A model generated the notes under the pieces. It worked only from the letters and a program-made list of their open reading frames with translations. It was not told where the DNA came from and searched no databases. A DNA stretch of 36,425 nucleotides from the NCBI GenBank assembly GCA_037443365.1, contig JBBIOM010000018.1:1-36425 (forward strand), given 5' to 3'. A program made the position numbers and the translations under genes. Position 1 is the first letter of the stretch, and each line of letters starts with the position of its first letter. This DNA is from Armatimonadota bacterium. Lineage in GTDB: Bacteria > Sysuimicrobiota > Sysuimicrobiia > Sysuimicrobiales > Humicultoraceae. Shown here one piece after another: positions 1-9,128 of the stretch.

Positions 1-277
1 CAGGACGGCCAGAGGACCAGTCGGCGATGACGTTCGGGCGGCCAGGCGCGGCCTCATAGACCGAGACAACCAGCCCGAGGTCGCGGAGATATGCCGCGAG
101 GAACCCAGCAGCCGCGGCTTCGTTGCCCTCCGGATCGCCGGGGCGGTAGACGCTGGGGATGCGCACCAGATCGCGGGTCAGGGCCACTACCTGGTCGGCG
201 TTGACTGCCGCGGCGGCCAACCCGGCGAGTCCTTCCCGAGCATGCTCCGCCTCACGCCTTGATCCGCTCCCAGCCAT
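1..277 (-). CDS. M20 family metallopeptidase (ArgE/DapE-like), N-terminal part; runs off the window start
   Basis: Not in the ORF track; translated by hand from ATG at 277 (SD GGAGG upstream): MAGSGSRREAEHAREGLAGLAAAAVNADQVVALTRDLVRIPSVYRPGDPEGNEAAAAGFLAAYLRDLGLVVSVYEAAPGRPNVIADW. LVRIPS...NE...GRPNVIA is the typical M20 N-terminus. Confidence 0.85.
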   Translation of the reverse strand, partial: MAGSGSRREAEHAREGLAGLAAAAVNADQVVALTRDLVRIPSVYRPGDPEGNEAAAAGFLAAYLRDLGLVVSVYEAAPGRPNVIADWSSGRP

Positions 278-374
278 TCCGAACCCTCCGATTCCGGATT
301 CGCGGTCCTGCCAAGCGAAACCTGGGACCTGGGCTCTCGTGCATCGGTGGAAGAGCACTCCTGTGCCGCAGCCT

Positions 375-1235
375 TCACCGCGCCGGCCGCAGGCTCTTGC
401 GCCGTGGATCGGTCCAGTCGCGCAGGCCGTCGCCCAGCAGGTTGAATCCCAGCACCGTAACCGCGATCCCCAGGCCGGGCCACAGGGCCGGATACGGCGA
501 CAGGAACATGAAGCTCTGCGCCTCCCTCAGCATCCGCCCCCAGCTCGCTGTGGGAGGCTGCGTGCCCAGCCCCAGGTACGAGAGGGCCGCCTCGATCAGC
601 ACCGCCGCCGCCATCGCGAGCGAGGCCTGGATGATCAGCGGCCCCGTGATGTTGGGCAGGATATGCCGCAACAGCACCCGCGCGTCGGATGCTCCCAGGG
701 CGCGCGCGGCCTCGGCATAGGGCTGCGCCCTGGCCGCAAGCACGCCCGCGCGCGCCAGCCGTGCGAAGATGGGGATGGTGGCGAGCCCGACGGCCGCCAT
801 GGAGCTCGTCGCGCCCGGCCTCCAGGCTGCCGATAGCAGCAGGGCCAGCAGCACCGCGGGAAAGGCGTATAGAGCCTCGAGCAGGGTCATCAGCGCCCGG
901 TCCATCCACCCGCCGAAGTAGCCGGCCAGAATGCCCAGGACCACGCCCAGCGTCAGACCGATCCCCACGGCCACCATCCCGACCCACAGCGCGTTCCTTG
1001 CGCCGGCCATCGTGCGCGCCAGAAGGTCGCGTCCGAAATGATCCGTGCCCAGCGGGTGCTGGGGTGACGGCGGTGCGAGTCGCTGCAGGAAGTCCGCCGC
1101 GTCGGGATGTTGCGGCAACCAGACCAGGCCCACGACGGCCACGCCGATCACCGCCAGGACCAGCGCGCCTCCCACGCGCAGCCCAACCGGGAGCCGCCAG
1201 CCGGCTCGCGCAGAGGTCCTGTGCGCGTCACGCAT
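375..1235 (-). CDS. Peptide/nickel ABC transporter permease, DppC/OppC family
   Basis: HPLGTDHFGRD, EAA loop (YAEAARALGAS...ILPN), PPTASWG, NLLGDGLRD; multiple TM segments. Confidence 0.93.
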   Translation of the reverse strand: MRDAHRTSARAGWRLPVGLRVGGALVLAVIGVAVVGLVWLPQHPDAADFLQRLAPPSPQHPLGTDHFGRDLLARTMAGARNALWVGMVAVGIGLTLGVVLGILAGYFGGWMDRALMTLLEALYAFPAVLLALLLSAAWRPGATSSMAAVGLATIPIFARLARAGVLAARAQPYAEAARALGASDARVLLRHILPNITGPLIIQASLAMAAAVLIEAALSYLGLGTQPPTASWGRMLREAQSFMFLSPYPALWPGLGIAVTVLGFNLLGDGLRDWTDPRRKSLRPAR

Positions 1236-2169
1236 ACGTAACCCTGGGATCGAGGAGCGCGTACAGCAGGTCCGTGAGCAGATTCAGCAGGACGATGAAT
1301 GTGGCCAGCACGAGCACGATCCCCTGCACGAGCCGGTAGTCACGCGCTTCGATGCCGGTGAGTGCCAGCGTCCCCAGCCCCGGCAGGGCGAAGACCGTCT
1401 CGACCACTACGGCCGCGGTAAGCAGCTGCGCGAACTCCAACCCCAATACCGTGACTACCGGGATCGCCGCGTTGCGTAGCGCGTGGCGGTAGACGACGTG
1501 CCATTCGGCGACCCCCTTGGCCCGCGCGGTGCGGATGTAGTCCTCGTGCAGCACGTCGAGCAGGCTGCCGCGGACGATGCGCGTGAACAGCGCCGCCCGG
1601 GCCAGCGCCAGCGTCAGCACCGGCAGAATGAGGTGGGACAGCGCCCGGCTGAGATCCTCCCATCCGGGAAAGCTGCCCGACGGCAGCAGGTGGAGCCTCA
1701 CCGAGAAGAGCAGTATGAGCATCAGACCGACCCAGAACGATGGCAGCACCAGGCCTGTCAGCGCGAAGCCGCTCACTGCCAGGTCCAGCCGCGTGCCACC
1801 CCACCGGGCCGCGATGCTCCCAAGCAGCGTGCCGAGCGCAACCGCCACCGCCAGGCTCATGAAGACCAGCGGTAGGGTCAAGCCCAGCCGCCTCAAGATC
1901 AGCTCGTGGACCGGCTGGCCGTACCGGATGGAGGTTCCCAGATCGCCGCGAACGACCTTCCCAAGCCACTCCGCGTAGCGATGGAGCGGCGGACGGTCCA
2001 GACCCAGGGAGCGGCGAAGGGCCTGGAGGACCTGAGGATTCGGCTCCAGGCCCAGGATCGCCTGCGCCGGGTCACCCGGCACGAGCAGCAACGCGGAAAA
2101 GACGAGAACCGTGGCCAGCAGCAGCGTGACAGCGGCTCCCAGGAGCCGCTGCGCCACGAACTCCCACAT
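1228..2169 (-). CDS. Peptide/nickel ABC transporter permease, DppB/OppB family
   Basis: PGDPA, GLDRP, GDLGTS, EDYIRTARAKG, HALRNA, DPRV; TGATG coupling to the upstream binding-protein gene. Confidence 0.93.
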   Translation of the reverse strand: MWEFVAQRLLGAAVTLLLATVLVFSALLLVPGDPAQAILGLEPNPQVLQALRRSLGLDRPPLHRYAEWLGKVVRGDLGTSIRYGQPVHELILRRLGLTLPLVFMSLAVAVALGTLLGSIAARWGGTRLDLAVSGFALTGLVLPSFWVGLMLILLFSVRLHLLPSGSFPGWEDLSRALSHLILPVLTLALARAALFTRIVRGSLLDVLHEDYIRTARAKGVAEWHVVYRHALRNAAIPVVTVLGLEFAQLLTAAVVVETVFALPGLGTLALTGIEARDYRLVQGIVLVLATFIVLLNLLTDLLYALLDPRVTYA

Positions 2170-3659
2170 CAGCGCGCCCGGTACACCTCCGTCACGTTCA
2201 GGCTGGGAGTGGGTTGATCACCCCACCATCCCCTGACATCCCTGCGCATCGCGGCTAGGTACGGCCCGTTCATGACCCAGACGTTCACCGCATCCTCTGC
2301 GAGAATCCGCTGCAGGCCCTTCATCAGGTTGCAGGCGCGGTTCGCGTCGGCGAGCCGCTGGTACTCCTGGAGGGTTTGCTGGAAGCGCGTGCTGTTGTAC
2401 CGGAAGTAGTAGTCCGGGTTCGCGTAGATCGAGATGTCGTTGGGCTCGGAGTGCCCGATGATGGTCATGCTGTAGTCGGCGCCGCGGAAGACTCGTGAAA
2501 GCCACGTGGCCCACTCGACCACCTCCAGCCTGGCACTGACACCAACGCGCCCCAGTTGGGCGGCGATTGCCTCGCCGAGCCGCCGCTCGTACGGGTACGG
2601 GGCCGCCAGGGTGAAGGTGAAGGTCAGTGGATTCGTGGGGCCGAAGCCGGCCTCGGCCAGCAGCGCTCTGGCCCTGGCCGCATCGGGCATGTAGAAGGTC
2701 GAGAGATCAACGTAGCACGACTCGGTCGGGGAGCGGTGGCTGCCTATCTTGGTCCCAAAGCCCATCATGACACCCGCCACCAGTTCGTCCTTGTTGATGG
2801 CGTGCTGCATCGCCCGACGCACCCGGATGTCGTCAAAGGGCGGACGGGAATTGTTCATCCCAACAGTGATCTCGGCCGTGGAGGTGCCGTGGATAAGCGT
2901 GAAGTTGGGGTCCCGCTGCACCGCCAGGGCGTTCTCGGGGATCACGCCCGTACCCAGGACGTCAAGGTCTCCGGCGCGAAGCCCTGCCAGCTGCGCGCTC
3001 TGGTCCGGAAGAATCCGGAAAAAGACCCGCTCAAGGTACGGGCGGCCCCGGACATAGTACTGGCCGAAGCGTTCGAGCCGGATGCCAACACCGCGTTCCC
3101 ACGCGACAAACCTGAACGGGCCCGTTCCTACGGGCTCGGTTCGCTGCGCTTCAACCCGCCCTTTCGGCGCGATGACCGAGTCAGAGCGAGCAAGATTCAG
3201 CATGAACTCGCTGTTCGGCTGCCTCAGACGGAAGACGACGGTGTACGGATCTGGCGTCTCGATGCGAGTGATGTCCTGGTAGTACTCGGGGTGCGTGTGG
3301 CCCGACTTCGGATCCCGGGCCCGTTGGAACTTGAACGCGACGTCCTCGGCCGTAAAGGGAGACCCGTCGTGGAACTTGACATTGCGCCGCAGTGTGAAGG
3401 CGTATGTGAGTCCGCCGGGCGAGATCCTCCATCTCTCGGCCAGGGCCGGGATGATCTCCCCCTTGGAGTTGAGCTTGACAAGTCCCTGCAGCACGTTGTC
3501 ATAGAAGACGCGAGCAATCTCCATTGAGGTGGATGCGGTGGGGTCCAGCAAGGGTGGTTCGGCGTTGATCGTGATCGTCAGGCTGCCACCGGGTGTCTGC
3601 GCCCACGCGAAGTTCCCCAGGCCCAGCAGGATCGCCAGGCCAAGGTAGAAGTATCTCAT
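2169..3659 (-). CDS. Family 5 (OppA/DppA/NikA) ABC substrate-binding protein
   Basis: Start moved to ATG 3659 (purine-rich SD; signal peptide MRYFYLGLAILLGLGNFAWA|Q); PALAE, VKFHDGSPFTAEDV, PVGTGPF, DIRVRRAM. Confidence 0.92.
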   Translation of the reverse strand: MRYFYLGLAILLGLGNFAWAQTPGGSLTITINAEPPLLDPTASTSMEIARVFYDNVLQGLVKLNSKGEIIPALAERWRISPGGLTYAFTLRRNVKFHDGSPFTAEDVAFKFQRARDPKSGHTHPEYYQDITRIETPDPYTVVFRLRQPNSEFMLNLARSDSVIAPKGRVEAQRTEPVGTGPFRFVAWERGVGIRLERFGQYYVRGRPYLERVFFRILPDQSAQLAGLRAGDLDVLGTGVIPENALAVQRDPNFTLIHGTSTAEITVGMNNSRPPFDDIRVRRAMQHAINKDELVAGVMMGFGTKIGSHRSPTESCYVDLSTFYMPDAARARALLAEAGFGPTNPLTFTFTLAAPYPYERRLGEAIAAQLGRVGVSARLEVVEWATWLSRVFRGADYSMTIIGHSEPNDISIYANPDYYFRYNSTRFQQTLQEYQRLADANRACNLMKGLQRILAEDAVNVWVMNGPYLAAMRRDVRGWWGDQPTPSLNVTEVYRAR

Positions 3660-3830
3660 TCTCGCCCCCCCTCTCAAGATGCCATGCGAGCGCGTCACTG
3701 CTCGAATCAAGGGTCAAGGGGAATGCCGAGCGCTCATTTGCCGCCGGTAGTTCGTTCACCCCAACCCTGAATCCTGCGTGAACACACGGCACCGCGACAT
3801 TGGGCGCCCCGATGCCCGTCCCGCTCCCCA

Positions 3831-4667
3831 CTACCGCTGCCCCTGCCGCAGGCGGGGATCGAGCAGGTCGCGCAGGCCGTCACCCATCAGGTTCCAGCCC
3901 AGCACCGTGGAGGCGATCGCGAAGCCCGGCCAGATCGCCATCCACGGCCTGACGAAGAGCACGTCGCGCGCCTCCAGCAGCATTCCGCCCCAGCTGGGGG
4001 TCGGCGGCTGCGTCCCCAGACCCAGGTAGGAAAGCGCGGCCTCGGCCAGCACGGCTCCCGAGAACGCGACCGTGGCCTGGATCAGCAGCGGCCCGGCTAT
4101 GTTGGGGAGGATGTGCGACGTCACTATGAGGATGTCCTTGGCGCCCATCGCCCTGGCGGCCACGACGTACTCCTGGCCGCGCACCGCCAGCGTCTGCGCG
4201 CGCGACAGGCGCGCGAACACGGGTATCAGGACCACGCCTATGGCGATCATGGTCTGGACGTGCCCGGGACCCAACGCCGCCACAACCAGGATCGCGAGCA
4301 GAAGGGACGGGAACGCCATCAGGCCGTCCATGATGCGCATGAGGACGGCATCCACCCGGCCGGCCCTGTATCCCGAGAGGAGGCCGATGCTGGTGCCGGC
4401 CCCGGCGCCTATCGAGACCGCCACGACGCCGACGACCACCGCGACGCGGCCTCCGTAGAGGATCCTGCTCAGCACATCGCGTCCCAACCGGTCGGTGCCC
4501 AGCGGATGCTCGGGCCCCGCGGGAAGCAGGCGGTTGGGAGGATCTACCTCCGTGGGATCGTGCGGCGCCAGGGTTGGCGCCAGCAGCGCGGTTGCAGCGA
4601 CCAGCAGGACGAGCGCGCCGCCGATCAACAGGGGCAGGTTGTAGCGCCGGCGGCGGGTGGCAACCAT
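3831..4667 (-). CDS. Peptide/nickel ABC transporter permease, DppC/OppC family
   Basis: HPLGTDRLGRD, EYVVAARAMGA, HILPN, PPTPSWG, GDGLRDLLDPR. Confidence 0.93.
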   Translation of the reverse strand: MVATRRRRYNLPLLIGGALVLLVAATALLAPTLAPHDPTEVDPPNRLLPAGPEHPLGTDRLGRDVLSRILYGGRVAVVVGVVAVSIGAGAGTSIGLLSGYRAGRVDAVLMRIMDGLMAFPSLLLAILVVAALGPGHVQTMIAIGVVLIPVFARLSRAQTLAVRGQEYVVAARAMGAKDILIVTSHILPNIAGPLLIQATVAFSGAVLAEAALSYLGLGTQPPTPSWGGMLLEARDVLFVRPWMAIWPGFAIASTVLGWNLMGDGLRDLLDPRLRQGQR

Positions 4668-5608
4668 CAGTCGTAGGTGATGCGTGGATCCACCACCGCG
4701 TACAGCAGATCCACAAGCAGGTTCAGCAGCGCGAACATGATGGCGATGGTGATGACCACGCCCTGCACTATGAGCAGGTCGCGAGAGAATATCCCGTGCA
4801 GGAGCAGCCGGCCCAGCCCGGGCAGGCCGAAGACCTGCTCGATCACGATGGCGCCGCCCATGAGGTACCCCAGCTGCAGCCCGGCCACGGTGAGCACCGG
4901 TATGAGCGCGTTGCGCAGCACGTGGCGGCGCACCACGTACGCCTCGACCAGGCCCTTGCTCCTGGCGGTGCGCACGTAGTCGCGGTGGAGCTCGTCCAGG
5001 GTCGCGGCGCGGCTCAGCCGCACCAGCGCGGCGGCCCGCTCAGTGCCCAGCGCCAGCGCCGGCAGGAACAGGTGCCGCCCCCACTCGATCGGATTGCTGC
5101 CAAGTGCCACGTAGCCCTGCAGCGGGAAGATGGGGAGCGCCGCTGCCAGCCCCAGTATCAGCAGTATGCCCATCCAGAACGCCGGCACCGCAAGGCCGGC
5201 CTGCGAGCCCGCCAGCACCGCCAGGTCCACCAGCGACCAGGCCCTCCGGGCAGCGATCACGCCCAACGGGAGAGCCACCACGATCGCGATGAGCATGGCG
5301 GCGCCGGCGACCGAGATCGTGACAGGGAGCCGCGCCAGGATCAGGCGCGCGACCGGCTCCCTGTAGCTGATCGACATCCCAAGGTCGCCGCGGGCCAGGT
5401 GGCCCAGCCATTCCAGGTACCGCAGCGCCAGGGGCCGGTCGAGGCCGAGATCGCGGCGCAGCGCCGCCAGGTCCTCCTGCCGCGCGTCCACGCCGAGCAT
5501 GATCTCCGCTATGTCCCCTGGGATGACCTGGAGTGCGAAGAAGGTGACGGTGGCGACCACGAGGACCGTGGGCGCCACCGCAAGCAGCCGTCGAACGACG
5601 AACGGCAT
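4667..5608 (-). CDS. Peptide/nickel ABC transporter permease, DppB/OppB family
   Basis: GLDRP, GDLGMS, DYVRTARSKG, HVLRNALIP, DPRITY. Confidence 0.93.
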   Translation of the reverse strand: MPFVVRRLLAVAPTVLVVATVTFFALQVIPGDIAEIMLGVDARQEDLAALRRDLGLDRPLALRYLEWLGHLARGDLGMSISYREPVARLILARLPVTISVAGAAMLIAIVVALPLGVIAARRAWSLVDLAVLAGSQAGLAVPAFWMGILLILGLAAALPIFPLQGYVALGSNPIEWGRHLFLPALALGTERAAALVRLSRAATLDELHRDYVRTARSKGLVEAYVVRRHVLRNALIPVLTVAGLQLGYLMGGAIVIEQVFGLPGLGRLLLHGIFSRDLLIVQGVVITIAIMFALLNLLVDLLYAVVDPRITYD

Positions 5609-7153
5609 CTACTTCGTGGTCTTGCGGAAGTCGTACGTGTCGACGGCGTACACCTGCCGGAAGTCCCGGACGCCCGCGCGGGTCGCGACGTACCGCGCCG
5701 GGGATCCGAGGATCACCATCATCGCCTCCTCTGTCATCATCTTCAGGGCCTCGGCGTAGATCCGCCTGCGGTGATCCGGGTTCGAGGTGATGCGGCCGGC
5801 GTGGATCAGATCAACGACCTTCTGGTTGTCGTAGCGTATGTAGTTCCTCGTGGGATCGCCCCAGCCCACCAGGCGACCCTCCGGGTCAAGCTTGCCGGTG
5901 TGGCCGATGACGGTTAGGTCGTACTCGCCGCCGCCGAAGACGCGCGAGAGCCAGAAGGCCCACTCCACCACGCGCGGGCGTGCCGTGATGCCGACCCTCG
6001 CCAGCATGGCCTGGACGAGCTGCCCGGCTTCGATGTGCATCTGGTACGGCTGTGGCAGTGCAAGGTCGAGGGTCAGCCCGGCGCCGTGCCCGGCCTCCGA
6101 CAGCAGCCGGCGCGCGCGCTCGGGATCAAACGGGTACGGGTCTCCCACGTCGACCCAGAAGGGGCTCGTGACGTCCATGAACACCGCAGAGGTCCGGGAA
6201 TCAGTCCCGTAGGCCGTCCTGAGGACCTGCGTGCGGTCTATGGCGTGCCACAGCGCGCGACGCACGCGCACGTCGCGCAGCGGCCCCCGGCTGTTGTTGA
6301 CGGCGACCACGTTGACCAGGCTGGTGAGCTGTGTGATGACCCTGACGTCCGGGTTGGCGCGGACGCGCGGCAGGTCGTCCGGGTCTATGGTATCCACGAT
6401 GTCGAACTCCCCGGACAGCACGCCGGCAACCTTCACGGCCCGCTCGGGAACGAATCGAATGAACACCTCGCGCAGCCTGGGCTGGCCGCCTATCCAGTAG
6501 CCGTCGAAGCGCGCCAGCCGGATGAACGAGTCGCGCTGCCACTCGCCCAGGGTGAACGGGCCGGTGCCGACCGGCTTGGTGCCGAAATCGTGCTTGCGGG
6601 CAACGAGATCCGCGGGCAGGATCGCTCCCCACCCCTCGGCCAGGGCCGCGAGAATTGGCGAGAACCGCTCCGCGAGCACGACCCGCACGGTCAGCGGATC
6701 CACGACCTCCACGGCGCGGATCGGCCCGATCTGCAGACGCCGGGGTGATCGTGTCGCCGGATCGAGGATGCGCTCCAGCGTCGCCTTGACGTCAGAGGCA
6801 TCGAGCACCTTGCCGTGGTGGAAGCGGACGCCCGACCGCAGTTTGAACGTCCAGGTGATGCCGTCGGGGGAGACGGTCCACGACTCGGCAAGGGCCGGGA
6901 CCAGCTTGCCCTCGTCGTCGGGCTCGACCAGCGTGTCATACAGGCTCTTCATCACCATGAAACTCAAAGTTGCCGCCGTGCCGTGGGGATCCAGCGTGTC
7001 AGGCCCCCCCGACAGCGCAAACGTGAGGCGATCTCTGGGCGGCTGGGCGCTGGCCGGAGCGCCCGCGGCCGCGAGCGCGGCGGCAAGCACGAGCACGGCC
7101 AGCCTGCCTGCCCAGCGGGGCGCCCCCAGATCGCATACCGCCTTGCTCTTCAT
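5609..7153 (-). CDS. Family 5 ABC substrate-binding protein
   Basis: Signal peptide ending ASA|Q; TLDPH, PALAESW, GVRFHHG, PVGTGPF, DVRVRRAL; SD GAGGAGG; ATGA overlap with the upstream gene. Confidence 0.92.
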   Translation of the reverse strand: MKSKAVCDLGAPRWAGRLAVLVLAAALAAAGAPASAQPPRDRLTFALSGGPDTLDPHGTAATLSFMVMKSLYDTLVEPDDEGKLVPALAESWTVSPDGITWTFKLRSGVRFHHGKVLDASDVKATLERILDPATRSPRRLQIGPIRAVEVVDPLTVRVVLAERFSPILAALAEGWGAILPADLVARKHDFGTKPVGTGPFTLGEWQRDSFIRLARFDGYWIGGQPRLREVFIRFVPERAVKVAGVLSGEFDIVDTIDPDDLPRVRANPDVRVITQLTSLVNVVAVNNSRGPLRDVRVRRALWHAIDRTQVLRTAYGTDSRTSAVFMDVTSPFWVDVGDPYPFDPERARRLLSEAGHGAGLTLDLALPQPYQMHIEAGQLVQAMLARVGITARPRVVEWAFWLSRVFGGGEYDLTVIGHTGKLDPEGRLVGWGDPTRNYIRYDNQKVVDLIHAGRITSNPDHRRRIYAEALKMMTEEAMMVILGSPARYVATRAGVRDFRQVYAVDTYDFRKTTK

Positions 7154-7956
7154 GGCTGTTCCCTCCTCGACTGGAGATCCTTCGAGATACGCTCGAGCGC
7201 CTTTCGGGATGCTTCAAGAGACGCGGCCTCGACAACGACATTCCGCACCGAGCCGGGCAGGTCGCGGGCCAGGTCCACGACCTGGGTGATGTCACCGTCG
7301 CCCCACGCCAGGTGATCGTCGCGCCATCCGTGGTTGTCGCTCACGTGCACATGCACGACATCGTGGTCCGCCAGCATCGCCCGGAGCACGTTGCCTCCGG
7401 CCAGGTAGGCATGACCCAGGTCCAGACACAGGCGTAGCGATGGGTGGTCCACCTGCTCATAGATGTCCCGCAGTTCATCGTACTGCACGCCGTAGGAGAA
7501 GGGCATCGGCGGCACGCCGTCCGCGATGGATACCGCCGGCATGTTCTCCAGGTACACCTCGACGCCGACCTCGGCAGCCGCCCCGGCCAGGCGGCGCAAC
7601 GACTCTACGGCGTAGGGAATCCCGCGTTCCCGTCGGAAGATCTCCTTGTACGGCGGGATGCCGGGATGCACCACGACGCCGCAGGCACCCAGCCGCGCCG
7701 CTTCACCAACTGTTGCCAGCACCTGTCGCACCGACTCCTCGCGAATGCCGGGGTTCGTGCTGGCCATGTTGATTCCCAGGATCGGCATGTGCAGGCCGAG
7801 CAGAGGGCCGTTGTTCCACGGCACCGGCGCCGGCCAGGCGTGCGGGCACTCGCACATCACCTCCACGCCGGCACCCATGGCGCAGAGCTCTGCCTCGACC
7901 TCAGCGAGCGGCTGCCGTATGGCGGCGAAGCTCGACACTCCCAGCCTTACACCCAC
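7150..7956 (-). CDS. Sugar phosphate isomerase/epimerase family TIM-barrel metalloprotein (AP endonuclease 2/xylose isomerase-like)
   Basis: Metal-binding motifs VVHPG, LENM, CLDLGHA, HVHVSDN, DDHL, VVE; GTG start with SD GGAGGTGA. Confidence 0.85.
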   Translation of the reverse strand: MGVRLGVSSFAAIRQPLAEVEAELCAMGAGVEVMCECPHAWPAPVPWNNGPLLGLHMPILGINMASTNPGIREESVRQVLATVGEAARLGACGVVVHPGIPPYKEIFRRERGIPYAVESLRRLAGAAAEVGVEVYLENMPAVSIADGVPPMPFSYGVQYDELRDIYEQVDHPSLRLCLDLGHAYLAGGNVLRAMLADHDVVHVHVSDNHGWRDDHLAWGDGDITQVVDLARDLPGSVRNVVVEAASLEASRKALERISKDLQSRREQP

Positions 7957-7960
7957 CTGG

Positions 7961-8935
7961 TCACCTCCCGGACAGATCGGCGCGGGCCGGGATCCCGCCG
8001 AGGCCCCGGGCCGCCCGGACTGCGCGGCGGGTGGCCTCTGCGGTCATCTGGGCCGCTGCTTCACCTATCTGGATCAACTCCTGGGATTGCCCGGCGCCGA
8101 TCTCATCCCGGCCCGTTGCCAGGACGAACACCGCGTCGCCGTCATAGAGCGTGTGCGAGGGAACGATCGCGCGCGAGAGCCCGGCGTGTCCCTGGACGGC
8201 GAGGCGCCAGGCCTGGGCCTTGGACAGGGCCGCGGTGGTGGCGATCACGGCCAGCGTCGTGTTCCCGCCGAACGGCATGCCAGGCGCGCCTCGGAGCAGC
8301 GCCTGCGATGTGCCCAGGCACCGGCCGTCGGGCCCCCGGACGCCGGCCAGGATCTCGCCCGTCTGTTCGTCCACGACATCGCCGTAGGCGTTGACCACCA
8401 CCAGCGCGCCTACACGGGAGCCACCGGGCAGGTGGACGCACCAGGACCCGATGCCGCCCTTCATCGCGCGATCCATGCCCAGCGCCTTGCCGACGGTCGC
8501 GCCGGTACCGACGCCCACGCTACCCTCATCCACCGCATCGGCGGAGGCCCGCCGGCAGGCCTCGTATCCCATGGCGGCGTCGGGGCGCGCGCGCGGATCG
8601 CCGATGGCGAGATCGAATATCACGGCAGAAGGCACTATCGGGACCCGCGCCACCCCTGTGTCGAACCCGGTTCCGCGCTCTTCGAGATACCTGACGACCC
8701 CGTCGGCCGCGGCCAGGCCAAAGGCGCTCCCCCCTGCCAGAAGCACCGCGTGCGCGTGCTGGACAAGCGCCGCGGGGTGCAGCAGATCGGTCTCGCGCGC
8801 CCCCGGCGCAGCCCCGCGCACCTCTCCGCTGGCGACGGCTCCTGCTTCGCAAAGCACGACGGTGCAGCCGGTTATTCCTGCCGGGTCTGTGATGTGCCCT
8901 ACGCGGATGCCGGGAATATCTGCAAGTGACGGCAC
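7961..8935 (-). CDS. P1/S58 family peptidase (DmpA/NylC-like Ntn-type hydrolase)
   Basis: LADIPGIRVGH, TGCTVV, RGAAPGARET, GGSAFGL, VPIVPSAVIFDL, GNTTL, PSHTLYDGD. Start reassigned to GTG 8935 because the track start (9133) would run through the tRNA. Confidence 0.9.
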   Translation of the reverse strand: MPSLADIPGIRVGHITDPAGITGCTVVLCEAGAVASGEVRGAAPGARETDLLHPAALVQHAHAVLLAGGSAFGLAAADGVVRYLEERGTGFDTGVARVPIVPSAVIFDLAIGDPRARPDAAMGYEACRRASADAVDEGSVGVGTGATVGKALGMDRAMKGGIGSWCVHLPGGSRVGALVVVNAYGDVVDEQTGEILAGVRGPDGRCLGTSQALLRGAPGMPFGGNTTLAVIATTAALSKAQAWRLAVQGHAGLSRAIVPSHTLYDGDAVFVLATGRDEIGAGQSQELIQIGEAAAQMTAEATRRAVRAARGLGGIPARADLSGR

Positions 8936-8947
8936 GACTGTGACCCC

Positions 8948-8977
8948 AGTATATGGTCGAGCACCCGCGAAGGGCAA
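8948..8977 (-). promoter_or_regulatory. Putative sigma70 promoter of the peptidase/transport operon
   Basis: Minus strand TTGCCC-N18-TATACT, in AT-richer intergenic DNA 12 nt upstream of the GTG. Confidence 0.6.
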
Positions 8978-9013
8978 GACGGTGCACCTGTTCAGACGTC
9001 GGCGCGGTAGGAG

Positions 9014-9100
9014 TGGTGCCGGGGGCGGGACTTGAACCCGCAAGGGGTGACCCCCAACGGCTTTTGAGGCCGTCGTGTCTGCCTGTTCCACCACCCCGGC
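9014..9100 (-). tRNA. tRNA-Leu(CAA), class II with long variable arm, encoded CCA
   Basis: Minus strand GCCGGGG...TGGTGGAACAGGCAGACA...ACGGC-CT-CAA-AA-GCCGT...GCGGG-TTCAAGT-CCCGC-CCCCGGC-A-CCA; acceptor, anticodon and T stems all pair. Confidence 0.97.
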
Positions 9101-9128
9101 GTGTGCAGGCCTTGCGACAGGCAAAGGA

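Noticed and set aside
1-9100. Possible genomic island integrated at the tRNA-Leu 3' end
   Set aside because: No integrase, no duplicated tRNA 3' end in the window and no obvious compositional shift; cannot be fully excluded beyond the window edge
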